A stretch of DNA of 64,000 bases from an uncultured Thermoleophilia bacterium. Lineage in GTDB: Bacteria; Actinomycetota; Thermoleophilia; UBA2241. This document shows positions 39,656 to 48,370 of this stretch, one piece after another; within the stretch, counting starts at the first letter, position 1; every line of letters begins with the position of its first letter. The DNA lies in the NCBI GenBank assembly GCA_963715985.1, contig CAVQSP010000009.1:1-64000 (forward strand), read 5' to 3'. The notes below the pieces were generated by a model. It searched no databases. It was not told the origin of the DNA and worked only from the letters and a program-made list of their open reading frames with translations. A program made the position numbers and the translations under genes.

Positions 39656-40096
39656 TCAGATCTGGTACATGGGCTGGCCGCCGCGCTGCTGACGCTCGCG
39701 CTCGGCCAGATCGGAGATGCTGGTGCCGGCGAGGACGCCTTCGAACGCCGCCTCTGCCTCGTGCCATACCACGGACGGCCCGCAGAGGTCCTCGAGGTCG
39801 CAGTGGCCCGAGGTACAGGCGGCGACGCTCACCGGACCATCCAGGACCTCCACCACATCGAGGACGCTGACGTTCTCCGGACGGCGCGCGAAGGCGAAGC
39901 CGCCGCCGGCGCCGCGGTGACTGCTGAGCAGCCCGCCGCGGCGCAGCGACCCGAACAGCTGCTCGAGAAACTGCGCCGGCAGGTCACGCTCGCCGGCCAG
40001 GTCGGCTACTCGCACCGGGCGCACATCGCCGCCGGTGCGAAGCGCAAGTTCCACGAGGGCTCTGACTGCGTAGCGGCTCTTGGACGAGACGTGCAT
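39656..40096 (-). CDS. Rrf2 family regulator (CymR/IscR-like)
   Basis: [22 protein letters not shown], Cys triad, C-terminal MYQI. Confidence 0.9.
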   Translation of the reverse strand: MHVSSKSRYAVRALVELALRTGGDVRPVRVADLAGERDLPAQFLEQLFGSLRRGGLLSSHRGAGGGFAFARRPENVSVLDVVEVLDGPVSVAACTSGHCDLEDLCGPSVVWHEAEAAFEGVLAGTSISDLAERERQQRGGQPMYQI

Positions 40097-40110
40097 GCGA
40101 CCTTACTTGA

Positions 40111-40166
40111 GTTAGCTTATAAAATTGGTCAACAATTACTCTAGCGGTCGCCGCGGAGTCTGTCAA
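40111..40166 (-). promoter_or_regulatory. Sigma70-type promoter and AT-rich putative Rrf2 operator
   Basis: Minus strand TTGACA-N17-TAGAGT, then AATTGTTGACCAATTTTATAAGCTAAC. Confidence 0.7.
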
Positions 40167-40263
40167 GCGGTGGGTCACACGGAGGTGGCGGGGCAGGCGA
40201 GGCGTCAGAGGCGGCCCGGCGTGGCATACTGAGTCAGGCAAGAAGCGACGAACGGAGTCTCGC

Positions 40264-40530
40264 GTGGCCAGCGTCCAGATCAGCCTGCCCTCCACGCTCA
40301 CGTCCCCCGAGCCCCCGACGACCATGGAGTGCGACGGCGCCACCGTCGCTGAGGCGCTGCGCGACATCGCGGCACAGAAGCCGCGCTACGAGCAGCGCAT
40401 CTTCTACAACGACCGCCTGCTGGTGAGCGTGGTGCTCAACGGCGGTCACCTCTCTCCGCTGGTCGCCCGGGACACCGAGCTGCACGACGGCGACCGCCTC
40501 GAGCTGGTCACTCCCGTGGCCGGCGGCTAA
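40264..40530 (+). CDS. MoaD/ThiS family sulfur carrier
   Basis: 88 aa with GATVAEAL, VVLNG, LHDGD and C-terminal VAGG. Confidence 0.88.
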   Translation: MASVQISLPSTLTSPEPPTTMECDGATVAEALRDIAAQKPRYEQRIFYNDRLLVSVVLNGGHLSPLVARDTELHDGDRLELVTPVAGG

Positions 40531-40550
40531 GCAATGAGGAAGGACACGAC

Positions 40551-41042
40551 ATGAGCCTGTGGGCAACGCGCGAGTCCCGCAACCAGCTGCTGCTCGCCGG
40601 CCTGCGCATCCTCATGGGCGTGATCTTCCTCGCCGTGTGGTCCGACAACCTCGTCAAGGGCTACTACTCGCCGGACGGATGGGCGCACTTCGTGCAGCGC
40701 TACGCAGACACGACCAAGGTGGCCCCCTACGCCTCGGTGCTCGACAACGTGCTCATCCCGAACGCCGCCATCGTCGCCCGCGGCCAGCTCGCCATCGAGT
40801 TCGTCGTCTTCGGGCTGTTCCTCGTGTTCGGCGTGTTCACGCCGGTGTCCGGGCTGCTGGCGGCCGGCTTCCAGCTGAACCTCTTGATCGCCACGTCCGG
40901 CATCCCGACGGAGTGGCCGGGCACGTACATCATCATGTGCCTGCTTCTGGTGGCGGTGGCCCTGGGGCAGTCGGGGCGCACGCTGGGCGTGGACGCGCTG
41001 CTGGCGAAGAGAAACCCGCACCCGCGCCTGCCGGTGTATTAG
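40551..41042 (+). CDS. DoxX/DoxD (TQO small subunit-like) membrane protein
   Basis: LRILMG, IEFVVFGLFLVFG, GRTLGVD, about four TM helices. Confidence 0.78.
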   Translation: MSLWATRESRNQLLLAGLRILMGVIFLAVWSDNLVKGYYSPDGWAHFVQRYADTTKVAPYASVLDNVLIPNAAIVARGQLAIEFVVFGLFLVFGVFTPVSGLLAAGFQLNLLIATSGIPTEWPGTYIIMCLLLVAVALGQSGRTLGVDALLAKRNPHPRLPVY

Positions 41043-41817
41043 GCGACGCGCCAGGCGCGACGGTCGCTGAGCGGTGGAGTGGGGCCTGAGGGCCTGGGCG
41101 AAAGCCGAACAGCCGCAGGCGGAAGAGGCACCAGAAGATGTCCCACACGGCGCCCAGCGTGCCGCCCCAGGTACCGGCGATCTTGGAGCGCCCGGCCCGC
41201 GGCCGGTACCGCGTGTCGCGCACGACGATGCGCGCGCCGAGCAGATGCGCCTTGACCGCCATCTCGGTGGGGAACGCGTAGGCGCGCTCCTCGAGGCGCA
41301 GCCGCTCGAGCAGGTCCAGGCGCACGGCCCGGAACGGTCCGTCGTCGCTGAGCCGCAGGCCGAACCAGAAGAGGAGGCTCACGGCCAGCCAGTCGTTGCC
41401 GCGCCGCTGGTGAAGGGGCATCCTCCCGGCCGAGGCGCCGCGCACGGCCCGGCGGCGCGAGCCTATCGCGAGGTCCGCCACGCCGGCGAGCACCGGCCCG
41501 ACGAGGCAAGGGACCTGGGAGGGGTCGTCCGTGCCGTCCGCCTCCATGAACACCACCGCGCGAGCGCCACGGGCGGCGGCGGCGCGGGCGCCGGTGAGGC
41601 ACGGGTAGCCGTAGCCTCGCCGCCGCTCGTGCAGCACATCGGCCCCGGCGGCGCGCACGATCTCCGGGCCGCCGTCCGAGGAGCCGTTGTCCACGAAGAT
41701 CGTGCGGCCGAGCAGGCCGAGGCCGTGGAGCTCGGCCAGCAGCGCCGGCAGCGCCTCCGCCTCGTCCAGCATCGGCACGACGATGCAGTAGTCTGGGCCG
41801 TGTGATGAAGCGTCCAC
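40933..41817 (-). CDS. Glycosyltransferase family 2 (polyprenol-phosphate glycosyltransferase-like), both ends uncertain
   Basis: IVVPMLDE, VDNGSSD, RGYGYPC, FMEADG, IGSR, GPFRAV, YRPRAGRSKI. The tail overlapping doxX is probably a frameshift artefact. Confidence 0.85.
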   Translation of the reverse strand: MDASSHGPDYCIVVPMLDEAEALPALLAELHGLGLLGRTIFVDNGSSDGGPEIVRAAGADVLHERRRGYGYPCLTGARAAAARGARAVVFMEADGTDDPSQVPCLVGPVLAGVADLAIGSRRRAVRGASAGRMPLHQRRGNDWLAVSLLFWFGLRLSDDGPFRAVRLDLLERLRLEERAYAFPTEMAVKAHLLGARIVVRDTRYRPRAGRSKIAGTWGGTLGAVWDIFWCLFRLRLFGFRPGPQAPLHRSATVAPGASPNTPAGAGAGFSSPAARPRPACAPTAPGPPPPEAGT

Positions 41818-43091
41818 GCCTGCGCGCCTACCTCGGTCTGGGCCTCCTGGCCGCCGGTCTGTGCGGCCTCGCGCTCTCGGGCGACCTGCTACAGCACCCT
41901 GAGCGGCTGTGGGCATTCTACGGCCTGTCCCTGGCCGGGTTCGGGCTGCTCGCGAGCGCGGCGACCAGCCTGCCGCTGCGCGTGGCCGTGGTCGCCGCCG
42001 TGGTCGTCCGCCTGCTGTTCCTGCCCGGCGTGCCCAGTCTCAGCGACGACTTCTACCGCTACCTCTGGGACGGACGCGTGCAGCTGGCCGGCGAGAACCC
42101 GTATCTGTACGCGCCGGCCGATCCGCGGCTGGACGGCGTGGCGTTCGCCGGCCGCGCCGACGTCAACCACCCGCGGCTGCGGACGGTGTACCCGCCGCTG
42201 GAGCAGGCCACGTTCCTCGGCGTCGCCGCGGCGAGCGACGCCGCCGGACGGCTGGCCGGCGGCGGCGAGCAGGCGATCGGCGCCGCCGGAGCCGCCGCTG
42301 GAGCCGCCGCCGAAGGCGCATCGGCCGGCGCGGTGAGACGCGGGCTGCTGGCGTTGAAACTGGTAGCTGGGGCCGCCGATCTGCTGACGGCGGCGGCCGT
42401 GTGGTGGCTCGCCGGCGCAAGGCGGAGACGGCAGGCCACCGTGCTCTACCTGCTGTGCCCTGCCGTGATCGTACAGACCTGGGAGTCAGCGCATCTGGAG
42501 GTGGTCGCCGTCGGGCTGGCGGTTCTGGCGGCCGGGCTGCTCGTGCGCGGCCGCGACTGGCAGAGCGGGATCGCGCTCGGCCTGGCGGCGGCGTTCAGGC
42601 TCATGCCGGCCGCGCTGCTGGTGCCGGCGCTGCTGGGCGGGCGGGCGAAGCCCGCCCGCTTTCTCGCCGGCTTCATCCCCGCGCTCGTCATCCCCTACCT
42701 GCCGTACCTGCTCCGCGGCGGCGCCTTTGGCTCGCTCTGGCAGAGCGGGACCGGGTGGACCGGCAGTTCGCTGCTCTTCTTCCTTCTCAGCATCGCGCTC
42801 TCACCGCAGATCGCGCGCCTGCTGTGCCTGGCCGTCTTTGTCGCCGGTGCGGTGCTGATCGCGCGGCGGCTGCGCGGGAGGCCGCGAACGGCCGAAGCGT
42901 TCGCCTGGACGCTCACACTGCTCGTGGTCTGCCTGCCGGTGGTGCACGCGTGGTACTGGCTCATGCCGCTCACCTTCGGGCTCGTGGCCGGCGTCTGGCT
43001 GCCCGTCGTGCTGGGCCTTGCGGCGCCGCTGCCCGAGGCCCTCACCACCCGGTGGCCGCGCGGGCACGCCTGGACCATACTGGGCCGATGA
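41802..43091 (+). CDS. GT-C fold membrane glycosyltransferase (GT87/DUF2029-like)
   Basis: LSDDFYRYLWDGRVQLAGENPY, TVYPP, SAHLE, PVVHAWY, multiple TM helices. Confidence 0.8.
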   Translation: MMKRPRLRAYLGLGLLAAGLCGLALSGDLLQHPERLWAFYGLSLAGFGLLASAATSLPLRVAVVAAVVVRLLFLPGVPSLSDDFYRYLWDGRVQLAGENPYLYAPADPRLDGVAFAGRADVNHPRLRTVYPPLEQATFLGVAAASDAAGRLAGGGEQAIGAAGAAAGAAAEGASAGAVRRGLLALKLVAGAADLLTAAAVWWLAGARRRRQATVLYLLCPAVIVQTWESAHLEVVAVGLAVLAAGLLVRGRDWQSGIALGLAAAFRLMPAALLVPALLGGRAKPARFLAGFIPALVIPYLPYLLRGGAFGSLWQSGTGWTGSSLLFFLLSIALSPQIARLLCLAVFVAGAVLIARRLRGRPRTAEAFAWTLTLLVVCLPVVHAWYWLMPLTFGLVAGVWLPVVLGLAAPLPEALTTRWPRGHAWTILGR

Positions 43092-45068
43092 TGAGCACCG
43101 AGGCAGACACGCGCCGAGGGCCGGCACCCTCTCTCCTGAACGGCGCCGCCGTGCTCGCCGTGATGGCCAGGCCCCTGCTGCGCGGCGCCGTGAAGAGCCG
43201 GCTCGCCGCGTCCGTCGGCGCCGACGAGGCGCTGGCCGTGTATGCACGTCTGCTCGACGAGACGCTGCGCAGCGCCGAGCAGGTCCCCGGCGCGACGCTG
43301 GTACTGGCGGAGGCCGTTCCGGAGGGCGACGGAGGACCGCGTGACCTCGCTGAGCGCCCCGCCGATCCGCTCGCCGGCCGATCTCCGCGCTGGCGCCGCC
43401 TGCCCCAGCGGCGCGGCACGCTCGGCGAGCGCCTCGCGGGGGTGTTCGCCGACCTCTTCGCCGCAGGTGCGGGGCGCGTCGTGATCGTGGGCAGCGACAG
43501 TCCGTCGCTGCCGGCCGAATACCTCGAACAGGCCTTCGACGTGCTGGGCAGCGACGGAGCCGCCGAGCCGGGGAGCTCCGCGCGGCCGCACGCGCCACGC
43601 GCGAGCGGCGACAGGCTGGTGCTGGGCCCGGCCGCCGACGGCGGCTACTACCTCATCGGGCTGGCGCGCGCGCGCCTGGGAACGGCACGCGGCGGACGTG
43701 ACCGGCATCCTCCGCACCGCGCCCATGAGCACGTCCGGCCTGCTGGCCGCGACACTCGCGGCCGCCACTGCGCGCGGCCTGGCGGTGGCGCAGATCCCGC
43801 TGTGGGTGGACGTCGACCGCGTCGAGGACCTCGTGCTGCTCGATCGCCTCGCGTGCGAGAGCGACGCGCGCGGCGAGCCGGGCGGCGGGGAGCTGCGCGA
43901 GGTCTACCTGCACGTCACGCACCGCTGCGGGCGGGACTGCCGCCACTGCTACGACAAGGGCGCCGAGCGCGCGGCCGGCGAGCTCACGACCGCCGAATGG
44001 AAGGGCGTCGTCAACCAGTGCGCCGCCCTCGGTGCGCGCAGTTTCGTCTTCATCGGCGGCGACCCGCTCCTGCGCGACGACTTCCTGGAGCTCGTCGACC
44101 ACATCGCGGGGGTGCACGAGGCCCGTGTGCGGTTCTTCTTCAACAGCCGCGTGACAGAGGCGGAGGCGGCCGCGCTGGCCCTGGCGGGCCGCGGCCGCCT
44201 GACCCCGCTGGCCAGCATCGACGGGCCGCGGGAGATCAACGACGAGCTGCGCGGCCCGGGCAGCTACGACGACGTGATGACGTCCATCGCGCACCTGCAG
44301 GCGGCCGGGCTCGAGCCGGTGGCGAACACGGTGCTCGTGCGGCCGGCGCTGGCCGGCCTGACGCAGCTCGCCCGCGAGCTGCGCGACGCCGGCGTCCGCC
44401 GGCTCCACCTGATCCTGCCGCACCAGCAGGGCGGCCTGCCCGACGACCTCGACCTCGTGCCGTCGGGAGAGGAGCTGCTGGCCGCCGTGAGAGAGCTGCT
44501 GATCGTCGCCGGCGACATCGGCCTGACGGTGGACAACCTGCCCAGCTGGCGGCGGCGTGTGGGCGCGCGCAACGACCTCTGTGCGGCCGGCTGCCGCGAC
44601 GTGGCCGTGGACCCCTACGGCAACGTCCACGCCTGCGTGATCACCGCCGGCGACCCCGCCTTCGTGGCCGGCTCGCTGCGCGAGCGCCCGCTGGCCGAGA
44701 TCTGGCGCACGTCCAGCAGCCTGCGGCTGCTGCGCGCGGCGCGCGCCCGCGACAGGGCCGAGTGCGCCGCCTGCGCCGTGGTGGACTCCTGTGGCGGCGA
44801 GTGCTGGGTGCAGGCGCACTACGCCGCCCGCGCCCACGACGAGCCGGCCGGCTACGCCGCGGCGTTCCCCTACTGCGACCTCGTGCGACCCATCTTCGAG
44901 GAGCTCGCCGCGGAGCTGGTGGCCGAAGAAACGCGCGCGGCCAGTCTCGGCGCAGCGACCGGAGGCGAAGGCAGCGCGGCCGCGGCGGATGCCTGCGCGG
45001 CCGCCGGCGCCTGCGGCGGTCAGGCCGCCGCGGGCGCGGACGCCTACTCCCTCTTCGACTGCATATGA
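43088..45068 (+). CDS. DUF2064 (TIGR04282-type transferase) fused to a radical SAM/SPASM domain, frameshift near 43670, may extend to 45077 via Sec
   Basis: VKSRLA, LGERL, GSDSP, LGPAADGGYYLIG. The next frame supplies MST..DVDRVEDL (end of DUF2064) and runs without a stop into CGRDCRHC, GGDP, SIDG and SPASM Cys (CAAG, HAC, CAAC, CGGEC, YC). Confidence 0.8.
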
Positions 45069-45111
45069 GGATACTGACGGCGCGGGCGTGACCCGCGCGA
45101 AGCAGACCGTC
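45069..45111 (+). promoter_or_regulatory. Candidate bacterial SECIS hairpin
   Basis: GCGCGGG-CGTGA-CCCGCGC stem-loop, with the loop 18 nt after the UGA at 45066-45068, G at loop position 2, and a lower GACG/CGTC stem. Confidence 0.4.
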
Positions 45112-45164
45112 GCGGCGCCCGAGCGCGTCCCGTCCGCGACAGGCTCCGAGCCCGCATCCAGCCT

Positions 45165-45422
45165 CTAGCCCAGACCCAGCCGGCGGTCGAGCTCGCCCGT
45201 GGCGTTGAGCCGTGCGAGCTCGTCGTACCCGCCCACGAACTCGTCGTCGATGAAGATCTCGGGCGCGGTACGCCGCCCGGAGCGCTCCTCCATCTCTCGC
45301 CGCAGTGCATCGTCGTACGTGACGTCGATCTCGCGATAGTCCAGGCCCTTGGAGGCCAGGAGCTTCTTGGCCATGACACAGTAGGGGCACCACTCCGTAG
45401 AGTAGACCTCGATGTCCGCCAC
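45165..45422 (-). CDS. Glutaredoxin (GrxC-like)
   Basis: WCPYC, RTAPEIFI, GGYDEL. GAGGAGGTG RBS. Confidence 0.9.
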   Translation of the reverse strand: MADIEVYSTEWCPYCVMAKKLLASKGLDYREIDVTYDDALRREMEERSGRRTAPEIFIDDEFVGGYDELARLNATGELDRRLGLG

Positions 45423-45773
45423 GATCACCTCCTCGATCTCAGTGGAAGCGTCCGGTCGACCCGCACGGTCCCAGACGCCTCTGCAAGCATGGCGCAGCGC
45501 GGCCCGAAGCGCGACCTCGGTCAACTCCTTCGACCGCTCCCGCCGCTTCCCGTCGCGCGCACCGCACACGGACCCCACAGCGCACTCCCGGCCCGTCGGC
45601 AGGCATGTTCCGCGGCGCCCTTACAGTCGCACGTACGTCCAACGGTGCTCTCTATTGAAATCGCGATCAGGACCATGCCCACCGGCCGACGTCGCCGCAC
45701 TCTGATTTCAGACACCGGCGATCGGTCTGCCGCCGTGGGATCGGCGGCGGTACGCTGCGCCTGGTGGCGCAGT

Positions 45774-46949
45774 TCACGACGCGTCGGCCGCCACCTTCAG
45801 CACCGCCGAGCCGCGCACCCTGTCCTCCTTGAGGTCGAGTAGCGCCTGATTGGCCTGCTCGAGGGGGTACTCCTGCACGCGGCTCACCACGGGGACCAGA
45901 GCCGCGTCGCGCAGCAACTCGCGGGCGTCCTGGCGCGTGGAGTTGGCCACGCTGCGCACCACGCGCTCGCCATAGATCCACGGGTACTCGATGGGCGGGA
46001 TGGGCGACGAGTAGATCCCGCCCAGCGCCACGATGCCGCCCTTCTCGAGCCGGCGCAGAGCGTCCACGGCGAGCTCGCCGGCCGGCGCGAACACGATGGC
46101 GGCGTCGAAGAGCACGCCCGGATCCTCGCCGGCCTGGCCGGCCCAGACCGCGCCCAGCTCCAGGGCGAGGCTGCGGTGCTCCTCGTCGCGGGCGATGCCG
46201 TACACCTCCCAGCAGCGCCAGATGGCGATCTGCGCGCACAACGAGGCGGCCGAGCCGAACCCGTAGATGGCGAGGCGGCCCAGCCGCTCGGAGCCCGGGC
46301 GCGGCGGCGGCCAGATGGGCCAGCGTTCGCGTTCCTTGACGGCGGTCAGCTCGGACGCGGCGTCATGCGTCGCGCCGCCGCCGAGGCCCGCCCCCTCGCC
46401 CACGATGCCCACGAGGCGCAGGCAGCGGTACCCGATGATGCCGGCGCACAGCAGCGGGGCAGCGGCCATGGGCGACATGTCGAGCGGCAGGCGGTAGACG
46501 AACGCCGCCGGCGCCACCGTGTACTCGGCGAAGCCGCCGTCCACGTCCCACCCCGTGAACAGCGCGTCCTCGCACAGGTTCTCCCTGCCGCGCGCACAGA
46601 AGCGGCAGGTCCCGTCGGTCTGGTGCAGCCACGGGACGCCGACGCGCTCGCCCACGATGAGCGGCGGCGCGCCGGTCTCGCCGCCGGGCACCACGCCGTC
46701 GGCGCCGGGCCCCAGCGCGACGACCTCGCCGACGATCTGGTGTCCCGGTACCACGGGCGAGCGGTGCGGCGGCAGCTCGCCCTCGAGGATGTGCAGATCG
46801 GTGCGGCACACGCCGCACGCCAGCACGCGCAGCAGCACCTGGCCGTCGCCGGGCTCGGGCACCGGCAGCTCGACGAGCTTGAGCGGCGCCTCCGACACCG
46901 GAGCCGGCGCCGCCAGCTGCATGGCCTTCATCGTCGCGGGCATGGCCAC
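45774..46949 (-). CDS. Zinc-dependent alcohol dehydrogenase family protein
   Basis: CGVCRTDLH, PGHQIVG, CRFC..ENLC, APLLCAG, YGFG. Confidence 0.9.
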   Translation of the reverse strand: MAMPATMKAMQLAAPAPVSEAPLKLVELPVPEPGDGQVLLRVLACGVCRTDLHILEGELPPHRSPVVPGHQIVGEVVALGPGADGVVPGGETGAPPLIVGERVGVPWLHQTDGTCRFCARGRENLCEDALFTGWDVDGGFAEYTVAPAAFVYRLPLDMSPMAAAPLLCAGIIGYRCLRLVGIVGEGAGLGGGATHDAASELTAVKERERWPIWPPPRPGSERLGRLAIYGFGSAASLCAQIAIWRCWEVYGIARDEEHRSLALELGAVWAGQAGEDPGVLFDAAIVFAPAGELAVDALRRLEKGGIVALGGIYSSPIPPIEYPWIYGERVVRSVANSTRQDARELLRDAALVPVVSRVQEYPLEQANQALLDLKEDRVRGSAVLKVAADAS

Positions 46950-47129
46950 TCCCTCTCGCCTACTCGCCGTTGATCACCATCACGGTCACGTCGCCAGACC
47001 GGCGCTCGCCGGTGGCGTGCAGCGCCACGCCGCCGGGGTATGCATCGGTCGGCCCGGCCAGAGCTTGAGCCTACGTCACCCGCGCGGAATCACCAAGGCC
47101 CGCCCGGCGCGGGGGACCCGGGCGTCTCC

Positions 47130-47444
47130 TCAGGAAGCGGCGACGGTACGGCGGGGATGCGTGAAGGCGGCCACCAGAAGCGCGACGGCAGCCGGCACGA
47201 AGAAGAGGCCGGCCTGGGTCGTCATCAGCACGCACGCGGCGACCAGCAGGATCGCGAGCGCCCGGCGCAGCCAGGAGGTGTGGGCGAAGCGGGCGACGAG
47301 CAGGACACCGGCGGCGGCCAGAGCCCACGCGCCCACCAAGGGCCAGGAGTCCTCCCCGATGACCACGAAGACGAGCGCCTCCGCGGCGAGGAACAACACG
47401 ATGCTGGCTTCCAGCGGCCTCGGCACCATGCGTGCCTTGGCCAC
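47130..47444 (-). CDS. Small hydrophobic membrane protein
   Basis: About 104 aa with 3-4 TM segments, directly after the ABC permease. Confidence 0.55.
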   Translation of the reverse strand: MAKARMVPRPLEASIVLFLAAEALVFVVIGEDSWPLVGAWALAAAGVLLVARFAHTSWLRRALAILLVAACVLMTTQAGLFFVPAAVALLVAAFTHPRRTVAAS

Positions 47445-47446
47445 GC

Positions 47447-48370
47447 TCAAGAGAGCACGTCTTTGCGGCGGAACACGAGGTAGGCGACGAAGGTGAGACC
47501 GAAGCTCCACGCCGCGAACACACCCAGGCCCTTGAGGATGGGTCGCCAGTAGATGGGGTCGCGGAAGAAGTTGGAGAAGTCCAGCAGGTAGTTGGGGAAG
47601 ACCCACGGCCGCAGCCAGTCGAAGTAGCTGAAGGCGATGAGCACCGTGATGACGATGTAGACGACGATCGTGCCGATGAGGGCGGTGAGACTCGAGTCGG
47701 TGAGCGTGCTGAAGAGCAGCGCCATGGAGACAATGCACGACATGGCGGCCAGGCCGTAGAGGCAGGAGAGCAGGATGAGGCCGAGGCCGTGCCACACGCC
47801 GACGGTGGAACCGGAGAGCGTGATCATCGGGTGCAGGCCGAAGAAGAGGCCGCCGAACAGCAGCCCGCCGGCCACCATGAGGGCGAAGCCCACGGCCAGA
47901 TACACCATGGCCATCGTCCACTTGGACAACAGGAAGCCGCCGCGGCGCACGGGACGCAGCAGCACGATGCGCAGCGTGCCGAGCTCGGCCTCGCCGGCGA
48001 TCATGTAGCCGGCGACCATGGCCGCAGCCATCGGCAGCAGGAACGGCAGCAGCGATGACAGCGCCGCCATGGTGACGAACATGCCGTTGCTGGTGATCTG
48101 CTCGATGAACAACGGCCCGCCGCCCTCGTCGTGCGGGTTGGCGTTGCCCGCCAGGTACAGCGCCAGGGAGATGAGGAAGGGGATGAGGAAGGCGCCGCCC
48201 CAGATGAGGTAGCTGCGGCGCTGGAAGAGAAGCTTGATCCACTCGCGCCGCAGCGCCCCCCAGGCGTGGCCGCGCATGCCGCCGGCGGTGCTGCCGTGGG
48301 CGTGGCCGGCGGAGCCGGCCGTGACGGCCGGGTCGCCGGCCTGCACCGGCGGGGCGGGGGCGGCGCTCAT
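47447..48370 (-). CDS. ABC-2 type exporter permease
   Basis: REWIKL, IAGEAELGTLR, FRRKDVLS, multiple TM helices. Confidence 0.88.
   Translation of the reverse strand: MSAAPAPPVQAGDPAVTAGSAGHAHGSTAGGMRGHAWGALRREWIKLLFQRRSYLIWGGAFLIPFLISLALYLAGNANPHDEGGGPLFIEQITSNGMFVTMAALSSLLPFLLPMAAAMVAGYMIAGEAELGTLRIVLLRPVRRGGFLLSKWTMAMVYLAVGFALMVAGGLLFGGLFFGLHPMITLSGSTVGVWHGLGLILLSCLYGLAAMSCIVSMALLFSTLTDSSLTALIGTIVVYIVITVLIAFSYFDWLRPWVFPNYLLDFSNFFRDPIYWRPILKGLGVFAAWSFGLTFVAYLVFRRKDVLS

Noticed and set aside
41909-45091. 1060-aa ORF
   Set aside because: Only about 43088-43670 (DUF2064 N-part) is protein-like. The rest is Arg/Gly-rich off-frame sequence.
45430-45770. ncRNA or small ORF upstream of the glutaredoxin, with a TGAAATC/GATTTCA inverted pair
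   Set aside because: No recognisable RNA family or convincing RBS, and the repeat is too short to support a call.
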